Shown here piece by piece: positions 1-11,454 of a stretch of DNA of 64,000 nt. The DNA lies in NCBI GenBank assembly GCA_026025075.1, contig JAPEUI010000018.1, positions 1 to 64,000 on the forward strand. The letters are read 5' to 3'. How positions within the stretch are numbered: the stretch's first letter is position 1; the number at the start of each line of letters is the position of its first letter. Made by a program: the position numbers and the translations under genes. The stretch comes from Vezdaea acicularis. Lineage: Eukaryota. The notes under the pieces were generated by a model that was not told where the DNA came from, ran no database searches, and saw only the letters and a program-made list of their open reading frames with translations.

Positions 1-78
<78 letters not shown>
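1..78. repeat. poly-G homopolymer at window edge (probably a sequencing/assembly artefact)
   Basis: 78 consecutive G at the start of the window. Confidence 0.8.
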
Positions 79-79
<1 letters not shown>

Positions 80-1237
80 GACTGGGGATGAGATGCAAGG
101 GGTGGCTTTGGGGGAGCGCTCAGGTGGGCTAGGACTGGGTAGGCAGATGGGACTATGGTATGCCCCTGGCGTTTTTCTCGCGATCGTGAAGGTTGAGTCA
201 TGAGGTTGGGTCTTGCGTATCACTTATCCCGAAGTACTCATTTACGTGCACCATATGCTTTATATCGGTACGTATGCCAGAGCATATCCCCTACAACTCT
301 CCTCCCTTGTGCATTCACCACACTCCCCACCAATCTCGCTCTTTCGGACGAACTATCCCTTAATCACCTCTCGACCCTGACATCGGACATGACAGTGCTC
401 TACCTGGACGAGACATATGGCGAGACATACATCTGCGTTCACGCGCTTGTCTCAGTCTTATGGTTGTGTCTGCTGCTGCACAAGAGCAAGGAGGGCCGGT
501 GCGCTGGATGGGTGCGCTGGGTGTAGATATCGCGGAGGCACAAGGCACGCAGAGTTTGAATGGCGGCGGCGAGCTCTATAGCTATTGTATCATCATCGCA
601 ATTTGTCCAGTACAATAGAGAGATTTTGCGGCGCTGGCAGCTCGAGCGGGAACCCGGCATACGACGACACCAGGAACGGCGCGCCCGTCGGCCGGCCAGA
701 CCGTTGCCTCCCCCATGACAATAGCCTGATCACGAAATGCGGAAGCCACCTGAGTAAGCCCGGCCGGCCCGCGTGAGCAGAAGCCGAAAAGAGGCGACAA
801 GGGGAGGGGCCTGGGCGACCTGGCCGGGCTGGGTCTCGCCTGAGTGTCACTAGTCATGAGCGGAAAAAGGGCTGAGATGGATGGAGAGTGCGATGTCGCC
901 TCTGCTGCTGCGACTCGTCTCGTTTGAGTTTGAGCGCCCCGGCGGAGTGACTCGTAGCAGCGACATCCACGTACACTCACAACCCGCCCAACAACTTCCC
1001 CAAGCAACACCCGTTCGCAACGTAAGCTCCAGCTGCCACGGAGAGAGTAACAGCACATAACACCGAGTTGTAATAGAACATCAGAGAGGGCCTGCTTTTT
1101 TCTGACCGACTGACTGACTGACTAACCGGCCCGGCCGACTTTGGTTCAGAACACAACCGCATCTCTCTCTCTGCTCCGTCTATTTCTCAACAACACTACT
1201 CACCACTGCTCCGTTTGGACGGGTGTTGGCCGGTAGC

Positions 1238-1246
1238 TTATAAAAG
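1238..1246 (+). promoter_or_regulatory. probable TATA box of the Ubl-AN1 gene
   Basis: TTATAAAAG about 280 nt upstream of ATG 1518. Confidence 0.45.
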
Positions 1247-1517
1247 AACAGTCGTTGCTCCCATCCCCGGCGGTTCTGGTTCTGCAGAAAGTATCGCATC
1301 GCCATCGCATCTCCCACCACTACCACCCGTACTCTCCCCGTCGCCACGAGCATCATTACATCAGCACAGAGTGAAGCGGTAACGTACTTGGCGTCTGATC
1401 CTCATAAAGGCCTTGCACCTGCAACCGCTCTCATCCGAACTCATCCTCCGCCCTTCTCCGCTCTGTTCCTCTACATTATCTAGTTCGCGCAGACGTGGTG
1501 AAAGCCGAGTAGACACG

Positions 1518-2130
1518 ATGCGTCCACCTTCCCGCTCCAGCAGCATCTCCTCCCTCTCCTCCACTACCAGCGCCACCGCCAACAACAACAACAGCACAAC
1601 GCCCGAAGCTGAAGAGACGATGCAAATCTTCGTGAAGAACATCGACGGCGAAAGTACGTCCTCTCCCACAAACCATCCAAACAAAACCCCCTCTAACTAA
1701 ACACCCCCCAGCCATCCCCCTAACCGTCCCCCCCAACCTCTCCACCTCCGCCCTCCTCACCCTCCTCTCCCTTCGCCTAAACCTCCCCCCCGCCTCCCTG
1801 CGCCTAATCCACAGCGGACGCCTCCTCCCCACCACGCCCTCCTCCACCCTGCTCACCTCACAAATCCCCCCCTCCGCCCTCCTCCACCTAAGCACACCTC
1901 TCCTCGGCGGCGCCCCCCCGAAAAAGCCCCGCTGCGGCGCGAAAGACTGTTCGGCACTCGCCCAGCGCATCGTCGGCGACTGCGGTTTCTGCGGCGGGCA
2001 TTACTGCGCGAAACACCGCTTACTCGAGGATCATCGATGCGCGGGGCTGGAGGATTGTAAGAAGGAGGGACGGGAGCGGAATACGAGGATGTTGGAGGAG
2101 GAGCGTACGGTTGTTGTTAGGGGTATCTAG
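1518..2130 (+). CDS. ubiquitin-like domain + AN1-type zinc finger protein (Tmc1/ZFAND4-like); exons 1518-1653, 1712-2130
   Basis: MQIFVKNIDGE ubiquitin-like start at 1620; intron GTACGT..CTAAC..CAG 1654-1711; spliced frame gives ..LRLIHSGR..LLGG then CGAKDC..CGFCGGHYCAKHRLLEDHRC (AN1 finger); TAG 2128-2130. Start could be 1518 or 1620. Not shown intact in the ORF track. Confidence 0.88.
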
Positions 2131-3536
2131 GAGGGGTGGATGATGCGAGGCCGCTTGGGTTGTGTTCGGGGAAGGAGGGGAGGTTCTTGTGAGAGTGGAG
2201 AGAGGGGGAGAGGCAAAGGGAAGATCAGTGTGGAATATGCCTACGAGAGATGGATATCACATCAATCTAGTACGGGGATAATGGACTTTGTACGTAGTTG
2301 GCTAGCTAGCTGGACGGAGCTACGGACGGCCCCCCTTAGGAGCCTCCTCTTTCTTCTTTTTGTTTTTTCTTTCTCTCTAGATAGATAAGGGCGCGGCTGT
2401 TGGGCTGCGTGGAATATATAACGGCTTTATCCCCCCCCTAACCCCCCTCTCTCGCGGGACCTCACTTCATGGGTTTATGAAGGGATTCGCTTTTTTTCTT
2501 GAGGTGTGTGTGTGCAGTTTCGGTAGTGAAATGGGGTTTCCTATTTTTCTTTTCTTGGGTTAGGTAGGCTGGTGACGCTACTCTACGCTTTCTCTAGTTC
2601 CCTTCTCTTCCTCATCCAGTTCCTGATCCAGTGGATGCTGGGATCTCTTCTCCTTTTATCATTATTGCCAAAGCGCTGTTTCACGCTATCCATGTGGCAT
2701 CATCACTACCCTAGCCACTTGTGCGGGAACCAAGCTCTATTCCAATCGACGACTAGTCACAGCGTTCGCAAAGTCACGTTCACAGCATGATCCCGGTGTG
2801 GTCCGCGTCTCCTGGTCTTCTTCAGGGGGGGGATCCTTGAGTTCCATGGGCCAAGGGGGTCTCGCAACGCATGGTTGAAGAGAGTGAAAAAGAAAGAGCT
2901 GAAGAAGGAGCATCCTTTGCGGGAGTGCACGCAGTGGCAAAAAGCCGAAGTGAACGAACGAAAAAAAATACAGACCTACGACCCCATCTTCCCCTTTCTG
3001 CGCCATCGTCGTTCCCCTGCTATCAACCTCTCCCTGTGGGAAGCCCCCTGCTCTCCCCACTCCACCCCCCTGGAGACGACACGGCCCGGTGAACGAGGTG
3101 CGGAGGTTACCTCAGACCGTGTGTCTCCAACCCCCCAATAAATCGGGGAAATCCCCTGCTCTCCCCCCGTCTACGAAGGCAGGCCCGAAGAATGGAGTGC
3201 GGAGGCTACCCAAGACCTGCGTTCGCTTCTGATGAAACGCCAGACGCCGCCGACGATGACCCCCCAAAGAAGAAAGAAAGGGAGCAACATCGTGACGTAA
3301 GACACGATGTTGCGAGGTGAAAGGAAGAAGGGAGAGGATGACGAGAGGCTTGGGATACCGGGCGGCCTCCCAAGATCCGACGGCGTAGAAGGAGAATCCA
3401 GCAACGCAAGAAAAAGCGAAAAATAGACGTATTACGGGACATAATACGCTCATGAGAGTCCAGGGGCAAAGAAAGACGACCAGCAGACGGCAACAAACAC
3501 ACACACCCCTGCGAATCGCAACCCACGCCGCAGTGC

Positions 3537-5294
3537 CTACTTCCGCTTCAACTTCCTGAGCCGGCGCTTCAGGCTGTTGTAGGTCCCCTGCATGACCCCC
3601 TTGACGCCGGAAGCCCCAGATGCGTCATAACGCGGCGATGGCGGCTCCTCGTCTTCGAAGGGGTTCTCCCCCCAGTACCCGGGACGAAGCGCGACAGGCG
3701 CCTTCGCCACGACGGGTCTGGGGGGCTCTGGAGCTGGGAAGAGGCTCAGGCCCGGATATTGAGCCGGAGGCCTGCTTGGCGTGATCGGCGTGGTAGGCGT
3801 GGGTTCGATCGCTGGGAGGGGCGGCGTTGGCGGCGTGTCTGGTCGGCCGAACACGTCACCACCCATGATGGGAGGATTCCAGACAGTGGGGATTGGCGGG
3901 CGCCGTGGAGAGTAGCCGAGGAAGGTGGTGGGCGAATGGGCACGTTGATTGTGCTCCATTCTGGGGACCTCCAGTTCTGCCTCCTGTGGAGTCAGACGGA
4001 GGCCCTCCACCATGGCAGACGAATGGACACTTGAGTTGTGCCACAGACGTCGGAGGAACGCCCGTTCTTCTTCTTCGTTTGAACAGGAACGTCGTCCAGC
4101 TGCCACTTCCTCGAGCTCGGTGGTGGGATCAGCATCTTGATCGTGCTGCATCCCAAAGGTCCCCCGTTCTTGGTTTGAACGGAGCCTGTCCACCCTGGCG
4201 ACCTCTTCGCGTTCTTCGTCAAGGTCGGAAGAACGGAGCCTTGCCAGAAACTCCAACTCGGAAGACGTTCTTTCCAAGTACGGCGTCCTGATGATTCGAC
4301 TGATCGTTTCATCAGTCGAAGTCCTGTGCCTTGACGAGAGGGGCAAGCCGATCTCGCCCACCTCACTATCCCTCCCCACCCTCGACGACCTCTCGCTACT
4401 TGCCCTCCTCGTCGGCTCATACAGAAGCGAAGCTGCATCATCAGCTGCGACGATCCCACGGGTCCTGTTCATCTCCCGTCGAAAGGCAGAGAACTCGGAG
4501 AGCTCCGTGAGTCCTGGACTAGTTGCCTCGCCGGAGCAGCTTAGCTCATCGACGGTCGGCAGGAGGGACGGCGGCAAGTTTGGGAGGTCGCCGAATACCT
4601 CTGGCTTCTCTATCGTAGGCGCGAAACGCCTTAGGTGGGCCGTTACCACCTCCGACAGGCTTGCCGACTCCGTCTTGGGAGTCCTCCCCTCCAATGAATC
4701 GAGCGCTGCCTCGAACTGCGCTTCTCTCGAATATGATGCAGAAGGCGGCGAGCGCGACAGAGGCAAGAAAGGTGACGGAAGAGGCGATGGGGACTGGTTT
4801 CTCGGCATCATTGGTGGTGTCATCGGTACTGGCTGTGGAGCCGCTGTTGGCGCTGGCACTGGCGCTGTTGCTGGTCTGGCTGGTGCTGGTGTCGCTGGCG
4901 CCGTTGCTGGAGTTGGTAGTGATGGCGGTGATGGCGGCGGCAGTGGTGGAGGTGGTGGTGGGAGAGGTGGGAGAGGTGGCTCTCGATGCCACGGCGGAAG
5001 TCTAGCCCTCAGATTCGGCGTCGACTTCGAAGGCCTGACGCCGGCGCCGACGCTCGCGCCCCTAAGAGCGACGATTAGATTGTGGAGCTTACGTTTCTTC
5101 TGGAGACCTTCATACCTTGCAGACTCGTGGAATGAGCTGTCATCAATCGGGACAGTTCGTAGGACTGCCTGTACGACTCATTAGGACAATGCGTTCGAAG
5201 AAGTGGGGTGAAATAGGCGTGAAGGTACCCGTAAGTCCTTGTCCTTCAAGTGTCGGCGGTCGCCGGTAAACGTTGCGAAAGGCGAAGAAGACAT
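3537..5294 (-). CDS. proline-rich hypothetical protein; exons 5294-5229, 5168-3537
   Basis: 440-aa ORF extends upstream in frame; ATG 5294 plus a 60-nt intron (GTACCT..CTAAT..CAG, 5228-5169) removes the in-frame stops; no recognisable domain. Confidence 0.65.
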
Positions 5295-5721
5295 GATCAG
5301 GTGTTTAAAGAGCCGAATAAGGAGAGATATGCTACTAGTAGGGTGTTATGGTGGTACTGGGAAGTCGTTTTAGGGTTATGTGTTGTGGGGGTGTGGAGGT
5401 GACTGGTCAAAGATTTTGAAAGTTCAACAACAAATTTCGAGAGATGCAGGTGAGGCAGAAGGGGAGGGGGGGGTGGGACCCATTAGGGTTCCCCCCACCA
5501 GGGACCCCCCAAACCCGCCCTATAATTGCACAATAGACAATATATACAGAATAGTGAAGTGAGCTCTCTATGCAACTTTTATTTATGCCGCCGGAGAACC
5601 GGTGTTACATATCGCCGGCACTAAGCCTAAAAACGTAACGCTTTGACTGAAGATTATCCGGATCGTGACCCTAGCCTATAAATCTCGCCAGCTTGAGCCC
5701 CAGCCATGTATAGCTATCATT

Positions 5722-6400
5722 ATGGCCGGGGAAAAAGGGCCCATAGCGGCTGGCCCGCTCAAACTCAAAGGAGTCCAAAGCTCCCGAGTTGAAAAGAAGA
5801 AAAAAAAAAAAAAGAAGCCCAAGAGTGACTCGAATGACAAAACCCCAGCTGCACAATCCATCGACGCCGTAGACATTGCAAAAGAAAGTGATGAACGGAA
5901 AGATATCACGCAAGCTGCGAACGAGGACGAGGATGAGGACGAGATAGATACGCCCTTGTCTGCCAGCAAGACCGAAGCGCAGCTCAAGCATGAGGAAATG
6001 AGGCGAAAGCGCGTGAGTATATTTTATCGCTGTCATAGAATGATCCGCCTTTCGTCTCATTTCCTTATGCTTGTGATGTGTCTTTCGGTGACACGAAATC
6101 ACCCACATTCGGTCTCGTTTCCTTGCGCCTATGCCGTGTCTTTGGCCGTCATAGGGTCTCTAGTCTTTGGTCTCAGTTCCTTACATGTGCTGTGTCTTTT
6201 GCTCAAACTGACACGCCTGTTGCCATCAGCTTGACGAGCGCCTAAAGCGCGAAGGTATCAAGACTCATAAGGAAAAGGTAGAAGAGCTCAACAAATATCT
6301 TTCTGGCCTCAGCGAGCATCACGATATGTATGAAGATTACGACGCTCCCCTCCTGGCCCACTTACTGACCGTCTCTAGGCCTCGGATTGGACCCGGATAA
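5722..6400 (+). CDS. FAM32A/DUF1754-family small nuclear protein; exons 5722-6012, 6230-6327, 6379-6400
   Basis: GPLKLKG..KKKK N-terminus, KTEAQ, spliced C-terminus KTHKEKVEELNKYLSGLSEHHDMPRIGPG; canonical introns. Confidence 0.88.
6054..6200 (+). repeat. degenerate 58-nt tandem repeat (about 3 copies) inside intron 1
   Basis: GTCTC(A/G)(T/G)TTCCTT..GTGTCTTT starts at 6054, 6112 and 6170. Confidence 0.7.
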
Positions 6401-6821
6401 TACATCGCGAATTGCTGCCTTTCAATGGCTTTGTCCGAATCATCTAAAAGCTGGTTGTCAAAGCAAGAAGACAGGTGGTTTTGGGGCTAATTTTAAGACG
6501 TCTACAGGGAGGGCATCAGTTGGGTCTTTGTTTGTCATATCTTTATCCATCTGGTTATCAAAAGAGATCATTCGTACATATCGTCTAACTACACATCAAA
6601 ATTAAGAGATTACAGGAAAACTTCTGGCGCGCAGGTGTGCATATTGTAGATTGTGGCGAAGCAATCACGATACCATTTCATTTAGCGCGTTTGTGCACAT
6701 CTCCCATGGACCATCATAAAAACTTCCTGAAAGACGTATATCATAACGAGCTTGCTCCAAAACAAATGATATCCTGGGAATGAATCGAGAGGCGTTGTTT
6801 CCCAAGATACGCAAGCAGTAT

Positions 6822-8502
6822 TCAAATATCCTCAGGCAAAACTTCACTATTCTTCCTCAGCTTGGCTTTATACCGGTTTGAGGTCAGCATCCACAACGCC
6901 ATGGCATTGCCTGATCCGACCACGGTATGTGCATACACCTTCCAAAACGTCTTTATACTCATAGGTACCTCGTCGCCCATAGCGTCAACGCTGGCTGTGT
7001 ATTTATCGGTAAGGCTGAACGCTATGGTGACAAGAGAGTTGTGACTCTGCAAAACTTCCTCGAAGGCTTTTGCCGGTTTTAGCTCTTCTCGAACGAGTAA
7101 TTCAATTGCATTGAGGGGATTTTTTGTGACGTGGTCTTTCTCCCATCCAAGGATATCGTTTTGAAGGCCTAGGATCGCCTGTATCACCGTCTGAATCTGC
7201 CCAATACCCACGTCCTTGGAGCTGTGGATATCGGTATCTAGGTTGCAAGGTAGTCCCAAACTAGCACGAGCAAGCACCATGAAGGGTCGTGCTAATAAAT
7301 AAACTGATTAGCAGCCGATTTAAGAGCCAGCATCCGGGTTTCCCCCCTTACCTGAGATAGTGAACAGTCGAATGTTGAGCCAGTCTCGCATCGAAAATAC
7401 CCCACGTTCCAGAGATTCTTCTGAGCGAAGTGCCTTAACAATAAGTAGCACTTCCGCCCAAAATTGCTCTCTCCAATCCTCCCGATCAGAGATAGTGCCT
7501 TCGCCATCGACGACGATACTAACTTCGTTGGTCTCAACTACGTTCTTAAGTAGTACGAGAACGTGCATGAATTGGGACGTCTTGGGAATATCAGAGGAAG
7601 GCGTGCCTTGCGTGAGGATCTCAATACACTGGTCAAGACAGCATAAGGGGTCGGAACCTTCGGTAAGATCTACCCCACTTGATTAGCTAACAGAGTAAGG
7701 TAGGACAAGGCATTGTGGCGAATGTTACCATCGATGATACAGAGCCAAGCCCAAAAGCAAGCTGCGATGACACCTGCACCACGCGAGAGCAGGCCTACAG
7801 GAAGCATACGCTCGGCCAGTCCAACTGGGTTGGCGGCTTCGACAATCTGCTGCGCGTTCGAGGGCAGATCCCGGACGAAACTCTCAATAGTGATACCATT
7901 GGTGAAGTCAACGCCTCCGCGGCGGAAGGCATCCCCTTCAGACGGATCGACAGGGGCTGGAAGCAGAAGGTCGAAATTTTGCTCCAACAGGACGTTCCTG
8001 AACGCTTTGTGTACGCTGCAGCCAGGTCCAGGCTCATGGCTATGACGCAGAACTTTGGATAGGTTTGCGTTAGGGTTGCCGGTCATATCACCGACTATCC
8101 CAAGTATTTCATCGTGCGTCTCGACATTGTTCCTACTTGCTGTGGTGGTACTGGACGCTTCAGAATGGCTGGAGTGGCTGGAGAAGATATCAAAGACGAC
8201 GATTCGAACATCTTTCATCCAAGTAAGAGGGCGACGCAGTTGGGAATTATCAGAACGATGCTCAAAATTGAACGATCGCCGATTCTGTTTCTTTGTGCCA
8301 CCCAGGCCATTTGATGTGTTGCTAGTTGCCAGGTCCTTTGGGAGAGCCTCCTTGCGAGAAGATTTGAAAGTCCATATCTTCAGCTTTCCACTGAACAAGG
8401 ACTTCTATAGGCACAGTCAGCTATGCTATGTCTGGCCACTATGGACGCATTCAGGGTGCGGCTCCCTTTGCATGAAATACCATTACAGACTGCACTTACC
8501 AT
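6822..8502 (-). CDS. class I terpene synthase/cyclase (isoprenoid synthase fold); exons 8502-8500, 8404-7729, 7669-7352, 7291-6822
   Basis: Splicing joins WLCII-DDLTE (DDxxE), WLNIRLFTISARPF (effector Arg region), NDILGWEKD (NSE/DTE variant) and WMLTSNRY (WxxxxxRY); GCCACC-ATG followed by GTAAGT. Confidence 0.88.
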
Positions 8503-8841
8503 GGTGGCCTACGTGGAGGATAGCCGATATTTTCCCTGAGATCGGTTGCAATGTTTACGTTCAGCAGCGAGGATCTTCTACAACCCAAAGTTGCGAGAAG
8601 ACTTTAGCGAGTTTCAGGCGTGACTTGACCCCTTCCCCTTGTCTCCGAAGACTAATTGATAGATAAAGCTTTCAGAAAAGATGACTTGTCAGCTAGAAAC
8701 GCATGGCATATGAAACGAACGGTGCGTTGTAAAGAAGTACACTACTTTAACAAGATGCAGCATATATCAAGAAGCAATAGCAGTCAGAACCGACAGGACT
8801 CGAGCATAAGGAGTCAGCTATGACTTGCAAGTGCAAGAGGC

Positions 8842-8853
8842 TTTATATAAAGG
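8842..8853. promoter_or_regulatory. palindromic TATA element upstream of the terpene synthase
   Basis: CTTTATATAAAG about 340 nt upstream of ATG 8502. Confidence 0.4.
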
Positions 8854-10282
8854 CCCAGTGGTGGGTAAAAGGAGTGGTTGACATCAATTCCTGAGGACTA
8901 GACACCGTGCAGATGGTATCGACGAGAACGATTTAGAAACTGAGAATCGCCGAATCCTACTACCGCGGAGTGACCCGGTCGTAAGTAGTGGTGACCCAGC
9001 CTCGGATCCAAAGACACTTCCAAAAGAAGACCAGGCATGCCATTGTATGCCGCTCGGGGCCAAATGGGAACAATCCAAGGTGAAAGATCGACAGCTTACC
9101 TTGGCGAATACAGCGGCTATCCATGGCCCTCTAAGGTTCGGAATCGGGAAATGATGCTGATTGGCACAACCAATGGTTTAGAGATCAGGGAGACCATATC
9201 CGTCTCAATGGGTCTGCTAAGAAGATGAAATCGGTGCCCAAGATCCCATGCATGGTGCCTGCTGATTTCCTCCCACAGCTAGCACGACCTGGTAACGGCT
9301 AAAGTTGACAGGTGTGGGTATACTCGGCGTTATGCAGAGGGGTATCTATGTTCTGGTCGGCACCTTATGCTGAACTAGGCTTAGGAAAAGCTAGTCAACT
9401 TTTCTTGACTACAGCCAATACGCCGTCTTAGCATGGCAATCGTCCATGCCTGATGATGCTCCAGAGAGTCTAGGAAACTCGAGGCCTTATCTGAGAGCTT
9501 TGAGGCTGACGACACCACTTTCACGTGCAGGCGGCACCAAGATCAATTGCCTTGTGATCTCATAGACGGGACTCGGACATTTCCAGTGCGCAGACGGTCA
9601 TTAAGATCCCTTCTTCCGGTCACAACGATTCGTTGTCACCATGTGGGTTTGTCATGTGTACGAACGCTCCATATTTCAAGCTAGATTCACTTTCTGATAG
9701 GCAGTGACAAGGAGCGCTTGACAACTGGTGGGACGATGACAACGGAAAGAGAAGGTTAATTGCATATGAACTGCAATAAGCCTGCTTATAGTCGGAAAAT
9801 AGAGCATGGATCGGAGAGATTTTAGTCGCAAATGAGAAATTCACATCGCGAAAATCTTGATGAGATGTGCAAGCCACCGGATTTGGTCTTGCAATCGATG
9901 GCTTGAAGATTTGTGAAGCAGGGCGATCGATGTGTGCTGCTCAACCCTCGTATGTCCGGGCATTTCTAGCGATAATGCCTGTCACCTGGACGTGTTCGGT
10001 TCGTAGAGTGATTACGACTGGTGCGTCAAGGGATGTTTGTGTAAGGTTTCACAAGAATGATTTGAAGCCCACGTCGGAGAGGAGAGCATCGTGGTTTGTT
10101 CAACAAATCGTGCGACTCCAGAACTCGCTTCATGAAGTAACCACACCCAATCGCACACAACCGGGCAGTGGAGGTATCTCCGGTTTGCCTACATCCCAGC
10201 GAATGGTTGAAGGTGAATAGCTGCCTTGTTTCTCGAGCGCGTTAGATTTTCTCCAACTAAATTTTCTGGCATCTCATAGATC

Positions 10283-11284
10283 ATGAAGCAAAGGAAAGTA
10301 AGAAAAACTCAGAAAGAATCTACGCAAGCCCAACGGGGCACCATCCCAATCGAGCTACAGCAATCTCTCATTAACATCTTCAAGAACGCCTTTGACGCCA
10401 CCTTCACAGCCTCGCTCCAACCGACTCTTCAGGAAGTCAAACAACATCTTTACAATCGGGATTTTCAGGCTGCCTTTGGAAAAGATGATTATCTAAGAGC
10501 ATATGCGGTTAGATGGAGTCCGAGTAGAGCGCTTGCCTATTGGAGCCTCCTTTCAGACATACAAAATCAACTGGCAGCATCCAAGGACGGGATCTATAGG
10601 GCCCTATGTTTAGGCGGAGGAGCTGGAGCAGAGGTCGTGGCCCTCGCCGCTTTCTTCGACAGGGGGCTAAAGGGAAATGTCGGGTCCGCGACAACTAGCA
10701 AGCTCTCTGTTACCGCACTAGACATTGCAAACTGGACAGCGGTACTCCGAGAGCTTGAATACACCCTCAGAGCGATCCCCCCCGATTTCGTTTCTTCTCA
10801 AGGAGCTGAGCAAGCGTCTGAGGGGGCGGGTGAGGCTAGAGATGATTTCACGGTAGCTTTCAAGCAAACCGACCTCCTAGAGATTAGTCCAGAAGACCTT
10901 TCGCTCGCTGTTGAAACATGCAATTTAGTCACTTTAATGTTCACGCTCAACGAACTATACTCCACATCCATGGCCAAGACCACAAAGGTTCTTTTGTCTC
11001 TGAGCGAATTCATACCCTTGGGTGCCTTTTTACTGGTTGTTGACAGCCCTGGAAGCTACTCTACTGTCAAGGTTGGCAGTACAGAGAAAACTTACCCAAT
11101 GAAATGGCTTCTCGAGCATACCTTGATGGAAACTTTTGGGAACGGAGCTGACAGTTCTAGACGGTGGAACAGGATATTATCTGATGACTCCAGGTGGTTC
11201 AGACTTCCGGAAGGTCTCCGTTATCCCATTGGTCTCGAGAATATGAGATATCAAGTTCACCTATTTCAGATGTTAAGACCCTGA
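10283..11284 (+). CDS. BMT6: 25S rRNA uridine-N3 methyltransferase (Bmt6-like)
   Basis: YAVRWSPSRALAY, SAM motif LCLGGGAGAE, FTLNEL, VVDSPGSYS, LENMRYQ; intronless 333 aa. Confidence 0.8.
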   Translation: MKQRKVRKTQKESTQAQRGTIPIELQQSLINIFKNAFDATFTASLQPTLQEVKQHLYNRDFQAAFGKDDYLRAYAVRWSPSRALAYWSLLSDIQNQLAASKDGIYRALCLGGGAGAEVVALAAFFDRGLKGNVGSATTSKLSVTALDIANWTAVLRELEYTLRAIPPDFVSSQGAEQASEGAGEARDDFTVAFKQTDLLEISPEDLSLAVETCNLVTLMFTLNELYSTSMAKTTKVLLSLSEFIPLGAFLLVVDSPGSYSTVKVGSTEKTYPMKWLLEHTLMETFGNGADSSRRWNRILSDDSRWFRLPEGLRYPIGLENMRYQVHLFQMLRP

Positions 11285-11454
11285 GGTTGTCTTTAGATTG
11301 TCACAGACGACCAGTATGGCCTTCTGCACGGTTGCTGAACGGACCTTAATCTTTATGAAGGGATGAGGCATTCTCTGAACTATATACAAGAGCCCTGCAA
11401 GACCTCAAGCTATCCCTGCAAGCCATTTCATATTGTCTCAGCTACAAAATCCCT

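Noticed and set aside
1..78. poly-G as a G-quadruplex or telomeric element
   Set aside because: A pure homopolymer at the edge with no TTAGGG array is typical of a read or assembly artefact; it cannot be verified without reads
200..1162. short overlapping ORFs on both strands and a (GACT)n tract near 1105
   Set aside because: No recognisable domain or consistent splice model; probably promoter/UTR of a gene running off the window
2140..3530. small ORFs and a 7-bp hairpin CGTATTA..TAATACG (3428-3448)
   Set aside because: Consistent with convergent 3'UTRs; no ncRNA boxes or coding motifs recognised
4291..5184. 297-aa plus-strand ORF
   Set aside because: Antisense shadow of the Pro-rich gene
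6822..11284. terpene synthase + methyltransferase as a biosynthetic cluster
   Set aside because: The methyltransferase has Bmt6-type rRNA methyltransferase motifs, and no tailoring enzymes or transporter lie nearby
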